A model generated the notes under the pieces. The model was not told the origin of the DNA and did not search any database. It saw nothing but the letters and a program-made list of their open reading frames with translations. A DNA stretch of 64,000 bases, taken from the sequence record OP079919.1. One strand, 5' to 3'. Made by a program: the position numbers and the translations under genes. Positions 18,507-26,615 of the stretch are shown here, in pieces; position 1 is the first letter of the stretch, and every line of letters starts with the position of its first letter.

Positions 18507-18887
18507 TTATCTTTTTTGGATGACGTTGCCCTCAGCTTTACGTTTGGTAAAATGAGAGGATCCGCAGAGTCGGACGAATACCCACATTACAAGCCAGTAG
18601 CGCCAGCTGAGTTTTAAACGATAACGCATATTGTCTCGGAAGAGATTGTCACACTCTTTCCTTTCGTATAACCCGGAACCGTACATGTAATCGTGCACAG
18701 CTGCAGCCGGGAAATATTTATAGTAAGCTGGGTATAAACCCTGTAGCCAACGAGGAACACTCGCCCCGTCCGTTACCAAGCCTTTAGGGACGGTGACCTC
18801 TGGGGTCGGGTAATCTTCTCTGAACCGAAATTTATCCTCGGTTATAACGTAGTCAAGCGGGATGTCGGTAAAACTAAATTCTTCCAT
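18507..18887 (-). CDS. DUF1353 family protein
   Basis: VPKGLVTDGASVPR..AAAVHDYMY..CDNLF motif. Confidence 0.85.
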   Translation of the reverse strand: MEEFSFTDIPLDYVITEDKFRFREDYPTPEVTVPKGLVTDGASVPRWLQGLYPAYYKYFPAAAVHDYMYGSGLYERKECDNLFRDNMRYRLKLSWRYWLVMWVFVRLCGSSHFTKRKAEGNVIQKR

Positions 18888-18963
18888 TTCGCTATTCTCT
18901 GAATTAGTTAGTAATAAACGATCATAGCATTTTAGACTTTCGACACATAGAAGTTTTCAGTTC

Positions 18964-18971
18964 TATATTAC
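18964..18971 (+). promoter_or_regulatory. phiKZ-type early promoter core TATATTAC
   Basis: exact match, TTTT upstream, 38 nt before ATG 19010. Confidence 0.7.
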
Positions 18972-19009
18972 CGTTATGTAAACACAACCTATCATTTAGG
19001 AAAGCCATC

Positions 19010-19492
19010 ATGGAACTCGTTAATCAAAAAGTTTATATTGTTAAGCCAGGCGATACTCTGTCAGAGATAGCAAACCATTTTTGTGGGAATCCTGCTATCG
19101 GATACGATATAGCTGAGGACAACGGCATTATCAACGCCGGACTCATCTATCAAGGGCAAAGAATCTGGATAAGGGAGGGATTCCTAAAGGAAGAATTTAA
19201 GGGCGCTCCTAATACCCAACCCAAAGAAGAACCTTTCAGAGAAGGGCAGCATGTTCAAATCACCCCATCTGGTAAATTAACAAGACTGGATCTTCATGAC
19301 TTGTGTTGGAATACCGAACCATTAGCTAAGGGTTTCTTCGTGATTGTCGAAATACATCCAAATCAGACAGAGCTTTTAGTGCAAGATAATAAGAACCGCC
19401 ATTATTACTTCAATCTAAATGAATTGAAGGAACTTATTCGGGTTCGTGGGGCGATAGAAATTTCCCCTAATCGTTTTATGCCGTTTAGCTAA
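19010..19492 (+). CDS. LysM domain protein
   Basis: YIVKPGDTLSEIA..IAEDNGI..LIYQGQRI. Confidence 0.85.
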   Translation: MELVNQKVYIVKPGDTLSEIANHFCGNPAIGYDIAEDNGIINAGLIYQGQRIWIREGFLKEEFKGAPNTQPKEEPFREGQHVQITPSGKLTRLDLHDLCWNTEPLAKGFFVIVEIHPNQTELLVQDNKNRHYYFNLNELKELIRVRGAIEISPNRFMPFS

Positions 19493-19507
19493 ATCCCCGA
19501 GGTTCGC

Positions 19508-19924
19508 ATGAAAAAGATTGTCTTATATTTATTCCCTCGATCTTCGCTCATCCCACCCATGAGTGTTCCACCTACTCGCAAGGCAGACCTCCTAAAAGAG
19601 TTGGAGGATGTTGACGGGTGGATCTCGGATATACAAGAGATCACGGAACTCGGTATTGAAGTTCGACAACACGAATTCCTGATTACCGATGACGGGTTTA
19701 ACGTTATCGCCAAAGAGTGGGAAGTTCACTTTAATGATCCCGACATTTATTGCATGCTCGAAGTATACGGGCTTCCAAAAAATATACGGGATAAAATTAT
19801 TGTCGGACTGAAAGGAATTAAGGAATTATTTACGTCGAGGGTTTGTTCGTTCCTCTCGGTGATTCCTGAAGAAACGATGGTTTTAATCGAAGCTCAACCC
19901 GTCGAAGAAGACGAACAACTTTAG
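19508..19924 (+). CDS. acidic hypothetical protein, paralog of next gene
   Basis: GWISDIQEI vs GWVEDIEDI; similar C-termini. Confidence 0.7.
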   Translation: MKKIVLYLFPRSSLIPPMSVPPTRKADLLKELEDVDGWISDIQEITELGIEVRQHEFLITDDGFNVIAKEWEVHFNDPDIYCMLEVYGLPKNIRDKIIVGLKGIKELFTSRVCSFLSVIPEETMVLIEAQPVEEDEQL

Positions 19925-19935
19925 GATTTAACATC

Positions 19936-20313
19936 ATGTATGAGGTTACTGTTTACCATTGCTCCAGACAAGAACTGGAAAAGAAAGATCAGGATTTCTT
20001 CGAAGACCTGACCAAGAACGAAGGTTGGGTAGAAGACATCGAAGATATTGAAATGGCGCTGGGTTCCAGGGAGGATTGCATTGAAGGTCAAGAATTCAGA
20101 TTACCCGTCTCTGCTTTAGATATCCTGGAAATGAAATGGGAGGGGCGTTTTGACTCTGGCATTTGCATGTGTTCCGCCATTTACTATTTCTCGCCTGAAT
20201 GCATTGAATCCGTATGTCGTGATCTTTCCGATCATGGTACTCGGGAGGCCGCTCTCTTAGCAGAGTACCTGCGGGACATCCCCGATACCGAAATTGTCGT
20301 TATCGAAATCTAA
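19936..20313 (+). CDS. acidic hypothetical protein, paralog of previous gene
   Basis: TTTAGGA-TTT-AACATC RBS. Confidence 0.7.
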   Translation: MYEVTVYHCSRQELEKKDQDFFEDLTKNEGWVEDIEDIEMALGSREDCIEGQEFRLPVSALDILEMKWEGRFDSGICMCSAIYYFSPECIESVCRDLSDHGTREAALLAEYLRDIPDTEIVVIEI

Positions 20314-20340
20314 TTGCTGTGTAGTTGTGGTAGTTCTTTT

Positions 20341-20365
20341 GGGGGCCTTCGGGCCCTCCTTTTTT
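20341..20365 (+). terminator. intrinsic terminator with cUUCGg loop
   Basis: GGGGGCC-TTCG-GGCCCTC then poly-T. Confidence 0.75.
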
Positions 20366-20377
20366 AAGGAAAGTAAA

Positions 20378-20818
20378 ATGCGGGAAGACAGAAATATTTA
20401 TCGTAACACAGCTTATATCAACGATCGATATGAGAGGATGGGTGATGCAATAGAAGTAACACTATTTTCTTTTTCGACGTTTGAAATGGATCAGGAAATT
20501 GTGTTTGAATGGGTTAAGAAAAATCCCGCCATCAAACTCGAACTTTATCGAGGTCTGAGTGATAAAGATTCTCCAGTAAATATCTGCGGGTCCGTTACTA
20601 ATATAAGGATCAACCCCCTAGATTTCAAAGTCACCGGTACGCTTCGACCAGAAGGAAGAATGCGCAAAATACTGGAAGATACCATCAATCGGCATCAGCC
20701 CGTCACCATTAACATGCGAGGGATATTTGATTTTAGACATTCCGTTTATCGTTGTACCGAAATCAAAGGCCTGGTGCTAATGTCTGACTTTAGTGCCTTT
20801 CGTAAAAGGAGTATTTAA
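20378..20818 (+). CDS. hypothetical protein, possible degenerate prohead-protease fold
   Basis: start moved to ATG 20378 (TAAGGA RBS); ICGSVTNIRI..LRPEG..TINMRG pattern. Confidence 0.6.
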   Translation: MREDRNIYRNTAYINDRYERMGDAIEVTLFSFSTFEMDQEIVFEWVKKNPAIKLELYRGLSDKDSPVNICGSVTNIRINPLDFKVTGTLRPEGRMRKILEDTINRHQPVTINMRGIFDFRHSVYRCTEIKGLVLMSDFSAFRKRSI

Positions 20819-20838
20819 CTTCCATAATTTTTTAAATC

Positions 20839-20846
20839 GATATTAC
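20839..20846 (+). promoter_or_regulatory. early promoter-like GATATTAC
   Basis: 1 mismatch to TATATTAC, poly-T upstream. Confidence 0.4.
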
Positions 20847-20907
20847 CACAGTGTCTCAAACATAAAACTTTTAGGTCTTCATCAACATCACCAAGGAGTA
20901 CGCCCGT

Positions 20908-21282
20908 ATGCGTTATCAACATTTTTCTATCGTCTCTTCCAAAGAAGCATTTTCCATTCGTCTTTCTTACATCCTGCAACATCTGAACAAAACAGAAACT
21001 CAGCGCTCCATCGCGGAGTATTGTGGGGTGAGTACGAGCACCATCTCCGCCATCTGCAACGAGCACGTCCAGTACGTATCCCTCAATACGCTGATGAAAA
21101 TCGCGGATAAACTGAAACTTAACTACGAGGTTGTCTTTAAAGGCAATCGCGGTAAAGTGAGTAACTTTGTTACTGTTGAATCCGCCGTGGATTACATGAA
21201 GCTCGGCAAGTTGAACCCCGTTCGTAAAAATGTGATGAAGGGTAACTCCCCTGCATTTAAAGGACGGGTGGCGACGCATTAA
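20908..21282 (+). CDS. XRE/Cro-C1 family HTH transcriptional regulator
   Basis: TQRSIAEYCGVSTSTISAI..SLNTLMKIADKL; AAGGAG RBS. Confidence 0.85.
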   Translation: MRYQHFSIVSSKEAFSIRLSYILQHLNKTETQRSIAEYCGVSTSTISAICNEHVQYVSLNTLMKIADKLKLNYEVVFKGNRGKVSNFVTVESAVDYMKLGKLNPVRKNVMKGNSPAFKGRVATH

Positions 21283-21287
21283 TCATG

Positions 21288-21311
21288 GTGGGAGTCCGCA
21301 AGGGCTCCCAC
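21288..21311 (+). terminator. intrinsic terminator, GCAA loop
   Basis: GTGGGAGTCC-GCAA-GGGCTCCCAC then T-rich tract. Confidence 0.75.
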
Positions 21312-21343
21312 GCTATTTATTAATTTATTTTTTAGGATAAAAC

Positions 21344-21901
21344 ATGACCATTATCGTAGGGGTTGTAAAAGAAAAATCGTTAAGTGCGGACCGTTATATA
21401 CTGGATTACAAGCAGATCAACAAAACAGTATCTTCGGTTTCACGCTACACCGAGAGTAAATTAAAAATATCTCCGGACAATCATTTCTGTTATGTCTTCT
21501 GTGGCGAACAAAAAGAAGAGATCGTTCCATTGGTTCTTAACTATTTACTCAGATTCGAAAAAGGTCTGGTGAAGGAAGACGAATTTATTCATTGCGGACT
21601 TAAATCCTGCGACTCCCTCATTGTGATGTCCGCGAGACATTTTTACTCAATTCAGTTAAATGAAAAACAGGGTGTTTTAGAAGTTCAAATTCGTTTAGAT
21701 GGCGCAGTCACCTATCCTTTTTTAAACAACCATATGGTCGCCGGTCTCGATCTCCCAGGGGAAGTAATTCGTCAAGCACTGATGGAAGCCAATCTCATTC
21801 TCCACACCGATGAAAATGAAGTTGACGTGGTCCATCAAAAAGACCTCACTCTTATTAAGAAAGCCACCAAAAAGGAAATTAAAAATGCTCTTTTATCTTA
21901 A
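21344..21901 (+). CDS. Ntn-hydrolase (HslV/proteasome-beta-like) fold protein
   Basis: M-T-I-I-V-G..ADR..SKL..CG N-terminal pattern with Thr2. Confidence 0.5.
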   Translation: MTIIVGVVKEKSLSADRYILDYKQINKTVSSVSRYTESKLKISPDNHFCYVFCGEQKEEIVPLVLNYLLRFEKGLVKEDEFIHCGLKSCDSLIVMSARHFYSIQLNEKQGVLEVQIRLDGAVTYPFLNNHMVAGLDLPGEVIRQALMEANLILHTDENEVDVVHQKDLTLIKKATKKEIKNALLS

Positions 21902-22343
21902 CAAGCGGGTTATCGTTGACAGCGTAGCAAACATCTTTATGTTAGCGGACGATACTCCTCACGTCGAGTTCTTATTGGATGGTGACAAACGATGGGCTTT
22001 CATTCCCTATCATGAAAATAACGGCAATACGTTATCCGCAGCCATCTCGGTGAATGAACACGGTGTTTGTTATAATGCGTATTTCAACTATAAAACGTTA
22101 AGTCTCGATCGTCGTATTCCGTTACCCTCTAATTTGTTAAAAGCCTTTCAAACAGGGGGAGACTCCGACTACTGTAACAACATGCACGTCGCTAAGGCCG
22201 CTTTCTATTACCATAACTGCACCTTTGACGAATTCCAAGCGCTGCTAAACAAATCAGGTCGGGGGTACAAAATGTTTGATTTATTAACAGTCTCTAAAAG
22301 ACTTAAGGCGATGCAACCGGAACAATTTAACTGGGTTATTTAA
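21885..22343 (+). CDS. hypothetical protein
   Basis: start moved to ATG 21885 (AAGGA RBS). Confidence 0.7.
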   Translation: MLFYLNKRVIVDSVANIFMLADDTPHVEFLLDGDKRWAFIPYHENNGNTLSAAISVNEHGVCYNAYFNYKTLSLDRRIPLPSNLLKAFQTGGDSDYCNNMHVAKAAFYYHNCTFDEFQALLNKSGRGYKMFDLLTVSKRLKAMQPEQFNWVI

Positions 22344-22381
22344 AACCAAGATTCCTATTATACGTTAAAGAATTTTGGATC

Positions 22382-22389
22382 TATATCAC
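22382..22389 (+). promoter_or_regulatory. early promoter-like TATATCAC
   Basis: 1 mismatch, TTTT upstream, 44 nt before groEL start. Confidence 0.45.
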
Positions 22390-22433
22390 CGTCTTGATGC
22401 ACTAACCATAATCTTTTTAGGAGTATTAACATC

Positions 22434-24011
22434 GTGAACGTTCGTGGCGTAAAAGTAAAAGCAGAAACCCGTCAAATTATTGATAACACCGTAGAGCTCG
22501 TTGCAACCGCGGTAACCTCGACCATGGGCCCTAACGGCAAGCTGGTTGTTATTGACGAAACGGGTAATCCTAAAATGACCAAGGATGGGGTGACTGTAGC
22601 GCGCTCTATCCGTTTGGATGATCGGGCAATGGACATCATCGCCAAGATGATCACCGAAGCCTCGATCAAAACGGATGCCGAATGTGGCGATGGGACCACC
22701 ACCACCGTATTCTTAACAAGAGCGTTTTATAACGCCTTTAAAGATAAACTGGATTTCATGACCAAACGCCGGGTGGAAGAGTTAACGAAAGAAACGATCG
22801 AAATGCTCAAAGGAATGACGAAGGTTATTTCTCTTGATAGCCCAGTCCTTCACAATCTGGCGTTAACAACCAGTAATAACGATCTGGATATCGTGAATAA
22901 GCTCTACGATATCTTTAAGACCATACCCGATCCCATGATTGATTATCGTCGGGGTGTAACAGGTATTGACGAGATCGAATACAGTAAGGGCAAGGAATTC
23001 ACAGGCGGGTACGCGCACCCTACTTTCACTAAAGATGGAAGTGGAAGCCCGATTACGATCGAATCGGGTTATGCGTGCATCTTTGAAGGGAAGTTCAGTA
23101 TTCCAGATGACGAGTCGGAATTCCTGAGGCTCTTCGATGAGATCACTAAAAGGGGATATCGTCAGACTATCGTTATCGCACGTGAATTCGACGAACACAC
23201 CCTGATGGTGATGAACAAAATGAATCACGTTATGCTGAAGCAGAAACTGGCGGAGGAACCCGTTTTCATTCCTGTGCGGGTTCAGGCTATCGGAACAGCG
23301 GGAGTGGGGATCATTGGAGATATTGCAACCGTACTGGGGTTAAGTCCTGATGTGGACTATTTAGGTTGGAAGTCTCGTGACTATGAGGTACACTGTATTG
23401 AAAACATTACGGTAAAGGGCGCGGCATTCTTCGTGGGTAGTGTATCTGATGAAGTCTCGGAACGCACAGTAAAGCGCATCGGGCAAATTAAAGATCAAAT
23501 CGATAACTTGCCAGCTGCTCAGAAACACACGCCTTTGGCGAAGATCCTGAGACACCGTATCTCTACTCTGATGGGTAACCGAGTGACTGTAACCGTTGGA
23601 GGAGAAACCGCTTCCGACATCAAAGAACGACTGGATCGATTTGAAGACGTCGGTCGGGCTATCGCATCAGCGTTAACTAACGGCGTCCTTCCGGGCATTG
23701 GTTATTCATTGGCTTATGTTGGTAGTGAGCTGGTGAAGAAATATCCTGACGATTCTATAGTGAAACTGTACGCCGATGTATTGGGCGAGCAGCTTCACAT
23801 GTTGATGGGTCGGGAATTCAATGATCCTGAATTAGTCTATGTCAATCTGGCTACTGGGGAAACCGGTAAGCATCCTCAAGACATCAACGTCTGGGATGCG
23901 CAGTTAGCCACAGTCACTGCGTTAAGGGCTGGTGTCAGCACTGCTATCTCTTTGGCGAGCACCGATACGTTAATTATCGGTAGTCGTGCAGGTGGTGCGG
24001 ATATTCCCTGA
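22434..24011 (+). CDS. groEL: phage-encoded GroEL-like chaperonin
   Basis: TMGPNG, TKDGVTVARSI, GDGTTTT, RFED; GTG start with TAGGAG RBS. Confidence 0.95.
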   Translation: MNVRGVKVKAETRQIIDNTVELVATAVTSTMGPNGKLVVIDETGNPKMTKDGVTVARSIRLDDRAMDIIAKMITEASIKTDAECGDGTTTTVFLTRAFYNAFKDKLDFMTKRRVEELTKETIEMLKGMTKVISLDSPVLHNLALTTSNNDLDIVNKLYDIFKTIPDPMIDYRRGVTGIDEIEYSKGKEFTGGYAHPTFTKDGSGSPITIESGYACIFEGKFSIPDDESEFLRLFDEITKRGYRQTIVIAREFDEHTLMVMNKMNHVMLKQKLAEEPVFIPVRVQAIGTAGVGIIGDIATVLGLSPDVDYLGWKSRDYEVHCIENITVKGAAFFVGSVSDEVSERTVKRIGQIKDQIDNLPAAQKHTPLAKILRHRISTLMGNRVTVTVGGETASDIKERLDRFEDVGRAIASALTNGVLPGIGYSLAYVGSELVKKYPDDSIVKLYADVLGEQLHMLMGREFNDPELVYVNLATGETGKHPQDINVWDAQLATVTALRAGVSTAISLASTDTLIIGSRAGGADIP

Positions 24012-24020
24012 TGCGTTTTA

Positions 24021-24038
24021 GGGGAAGGAAACTTCCCC
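24021..24038 (+). terminator. hairpin with GAAA loop, no immediate U tract
   Basis: GGGGAAG-GAAA-CTTCCCC. Confidence 0.4.
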
Positions 24039-24053
24039 ATTGGGAGAATTTTT

Positions 24054-24311
24054 ATGGACGTTAACACTTCGTCAATTAAAAATTCTAATAATAGACAACA
24101 TAATAATTACAGCGATTCATCCTCCGCTCCGATTCAGTTGGATCGTTCGGGGGAAATTGTCGACGCCAGAACTAAGCTAACAGTTACTGGTGAAATTCCT
24201 CTTCGAAAGTTACCCACTTTCTCAAACCCACCGCAAAGAACAATAAGAGACGATAAAAAACCTTCATCACTCTGGGGGATGGTTAGAGCTCTGTTCTTTG
24301 TATTCATGTGA
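24054..24311 (+). CDS. small hypothetical protein with hydrophobic C-terminus
   Basis: GGGAG RBS. Confidence 0.6.
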   Translation: MDVNTSSIKNSNNRQHNNYSDSSSAPIQLDRSGEIVDARTKLTVTGEIPLRKLPTFSNPPQRTIRDDKKPSSLWGMVRALFFVFM

Positions 24312-24314
24312 TAC

Positions 24315-24344
24315 TATTCCTCTACCCACGTGGGTAGAGGAATA
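24315..24344 (+). terminator. perfect 30-bp palindrome / terminator
   Basis: TATTCCTCTACCCAC-GTGGGTAGAGGAATA followed by poly-T. Confidence 0.8.
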
Positions 24345-24379
24345 ATAACGCTTTTTTATTTTTTAAGGTTATCTCACTC

Positions 24380-24418
24380 ATGGCTAAAATCTATTTCTAT
24401 TACTCCTCTATTGTATAG
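24380..24418 (+). pseudogene. orphaned thymidine kinase 5' end (minigene MAKIYFYYSSIV*)
   Basis: TAAGGT RBS; first 10 codons match the TK N-terminus (cf. E. coli MAQLYFYYSAMN) and parallel the start at 25412. Confidence 0.7.
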
Positions 24419-25441
24419 TAGAAACTCTTATGGGGAAATAGAAATGTCGAAAATTAGTGGTTACAAAGAACATCCGGTAATAAAAAACCTTTTCATCCAT
24501 CCTACGGAAGATAATCACGTCCTGTATGTTAGGAAGAAAAAAGTATCTCGGATAAAGACCCATGTCGGTAAACGCGGATACGTTATTTTTACCATGTGGT
24601 TAAATGGGAAATCCAAGGGTTTTCGCTTCCACAAATTGAAAGCCGAAACGTATCTCAAGAAACCCAGTTCAGACCGCACCCTAGTCGTAAATCATAAGGA
24701 CCATGTTAAGATCAATAACGATCTCGATAACCTAGAATGGGGGACTCAGAAAGAGAATGTCGATCATTCATTAAATATCCGTCAAAAGCTTTGTCCTCTC
24801 TATCGGATAATGGATTTAACTACGGGGAGATGGTGTACAGCCGGTAGTCGTAAAGGGGTAATCGAAATGCTAGCTTGTACCCAACGACAACTCTCTAACC
24901 ATATTAAAGACCCTCGCTATCCATTGCTATTCAAGTGGGAAGTAACAAGGGGTTTTACTTGGAATCTTTCAAAAGATGACGTGGGTAAATATAACCCACG
25001 AGAGCTTCTTCCTTATGTGGTAGAAAAGAATGGCGTCGTTTTTTACCTGGCGACATTAGCTGAAGTTGGTGAATTGACAAAGATCACTAAATACAATATT
25101 ACAGTTGCTTTGAAAAATCAACCAATTCTGCATGCCAAGGGATTCAGCATTCGGTTTATTAATTCTTATGAAGAGTGGATGAAGACTGTTATTGGGAAGT
25201 CCTATATCGATACCATGTTAAATAAAAGTAATAGAAATAAAAAACGGATCGAGGTAATAAACACTCTTACGGAGGAGAAAACCACGTTAAACGGAATTAT
25301 GGAATTAATGGAACTGACTAATTATTCACGACCTACCATCGACAGGGCAATGAAAAATATGTGTGAAGATGGGTGGGTGACTTTCAAAAATCTAAAGATA
25401 AGGTTTATTTAATGGCTAAGGTATTTTTCAATTACGCTGCG
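24410..25441 (+). mobile_element. HNH homing endonuclease cassette with replacement tdk 5' end
   Basis: removing 24410-25441 joins MAKIYFYYSS to MNSGKTT in frame; boundaries approximate. Confidence 0.55.
24444..25412 (+). CDS. free-standing HNH homing endonuclease
   Basis: VNHKDHVKINNDLDNLEWGTQKENVDH HNH motif, NUMOD/HTH-like C-terminal repeats; start moved to ATG 24444. Confidence 0.9.
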   Translation: MSKISGYKEHPVIKNLFIHPTEDNHVLYVRKKKVSRIKTHVGKRGYVIFTMWLNGKSKGFRFHKLKAETYLKKPSSDRTLVVNHKDHVKINNDLDNLEWGTQKENVDHSLNIRQKLCPLYRIMDLTTGRWCTAGSRKGVIEMLACTQRQLSNHIKDPRYPLLFKWEVTRGFTWNLSKDDVGKYNPRELLPYVVEKNGVVFYLATLAEVGELTKITKYNITVALKNQPILHAKGFSIRFINSYEEWMKTVIGKSYIDTMLNKSNRNKKRIEVINTLTEEKTTLNGIMELMELTNYSRPTIDRAMKNMCEDGWVTFKNLKIRFI

Positions 25442-25999
25442 ATGAATTCGGGAAAGACTACTGGTTTGCTGCAATCAGCCTATAATTACGTTGAAAGAGG
25501 AATGTCAGTCTTACTTCTTAAACCTAAACTCGATAATAGAGAAGGAACCGATCCACTAATTAAATCAAGAATAGGATTAGAAAGCGAGTGCGTTTTTATT
25601 CCTGATGATGGGGATGAATTAGTCGACCTCATTCATAATAACAAAGGTGTTTCGGCGATATTCATCGACGAGGTTCAGTTCGTTCCAGTGCGGGTGCTTA
25701 GTGCCATCATGGTGATGTGTGACACCATGGATATTCCTCTTCTTTGCTACGGTCTCCGTAACGCTTATGACGGTAAGGGATTCCCGGGATCTGATTTCTT
25801 ATTACGTCACGCTGATAAACTGGTCGAATGCAAATCCATTTGTTGGTGCGGTAAAAAGGCCACTCACAACATGATGGTTGTCGATGGGAAAGTGGTAAGG
25901 GAAACCACATCAGGGGGAAATATGGTTGTCGGCGGTAATGAACTGTATCACGCCGTATGTCGTCAGCATTTCTTCGAAGGTAAATACAAAGACGATTAA
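25412..25999 (+). CDS. tdk: thymidine kinase
   Basis: AMNSGKT Walker A, IFIDEVQF, YGLR, zinc motifs CWCG and VCRQH; TAATG coupling to HNH. Confidence 0.97.
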   Translation: MAKVFFNYAAMNSGKTTGLLQSAYNYVERGMSVLLLKPKLDNREGTDPLIKSRIGLESECVFIPDDGDELVDLIHNNKGVSAIFIDEVQFVPVRVLSAIMVMCDTMDIPLLCYGLRNAYDGKGFPGSDFLLRHADKLVECKSICWCGKKATHNMMVVDGKVVRETTSGGNMVVGGNELYHAVCRQHFFEGKYKDD

Positions 26000-26018
26000 C
26001 TTATATTTATTTTGAGGT

Positions 26019-26033
26019 CTACATTATCATGGT
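26019..26033 (+). promoter_or_regulatory. conserved intergenic motif CTACATTATCATGGT (candidate phage promoter)
   Basis: 14/15 identical to 41468-41482; both 43-44 nt before a start codon. Confidence 0.45.
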
Positions 26034-26077
26034 GTAAGCATAGTACGTTTTTATTTTCCTTTTTAGGAGTTAACATC

Positions 26078-26572
26078 ATGATGAGCCAACTTGTAAATAT
26101 TCTGAGTGAACACAGATCGGCGTTTATTTGGCCTTCCAACATCCTTCAGTTAGAAGATGAATACTTCTATCTCTCGGTCAAGATTACGGAGAGTGGTGTG
26201 GTCAAATGTATCTTCCGGAACAAGCTCACCAAAGACGTCCGTAAGTTCGACTTCTCTGATAGCATTTTTGATAAAGAGGGGTTATGGGATTACTTCAATG
26301 CGATCGGCAAAGAAGTCTACGCCATTGGGATTGACTACGGTAAAGGGTTCCAGCTGAAGATGTTGTTTGAGCCGATTAAGGCGATGATCACCGATAAGGC
26401 GCATAAGCCTTATAATGGGCATCTTCCAAGAGACGTAAGAGCACCACTGTTTTCCCCGGTTAACGCCCGCAGTATTTATCTCGACGAAAACGGCGAAGTC
26501 ACACTCGATGGCTTCGAATGGGCTTCTCGTGGATTGCAATTAAAAATCATCGAAGAGCTCTTAATTAACTAA
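26078..26572 (+). CDS. hypothetical protein
   Basis: start moved to ATG 26078 (TTTAGGAG-TT-AACATC). Confidence 0.7.
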   Translation: MMSQLVNILSEHRSAFIWPSNILQLEDEYFYLSVKITESGVVKCIFRNKLTKDVRKFDFSDSIFDKEGLWDYFNAIGKEVYAIGIDYGKGFQLKMLFEPIKAMITDKAHKPYNGHLPRDVRAPLFSPVNARSIYLDENGEVTLDGFEWASRGLQLKIIEELLIN

Positions 26573-26615
26573 TTAATGTTATGCTAATTAGCTCATCACT
26601 GTAAAGAGGATTAAG

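Noticed and set aside
20815-21279. 154-aa antisense ORF
   Set aside because: Opposite a clear XRE HTH gene
24054-24311. GroES candidate next to groEL
   Set aside because: No GroES motifs (PLxDRV, GGI mobile loop); low-complexity N-terminus and hydrophobic tail
24330-24443. Track's N-terminal extension of the HNH ORF
   Set aside because: Starts inside a terminator palindrome; ATG 24444 has an SD
24410-25441. Group I intron in tdk (5' exon ends in T, segment ends in G, in-frame fusion)
   Set aside because: Only ~34 nt and ~29 nt flank the HNH ORF, no convincing P/Q/R/S core was found, and tdk has its own RBS and start, so splicing is unnecessary. RT-PCR would settle it.
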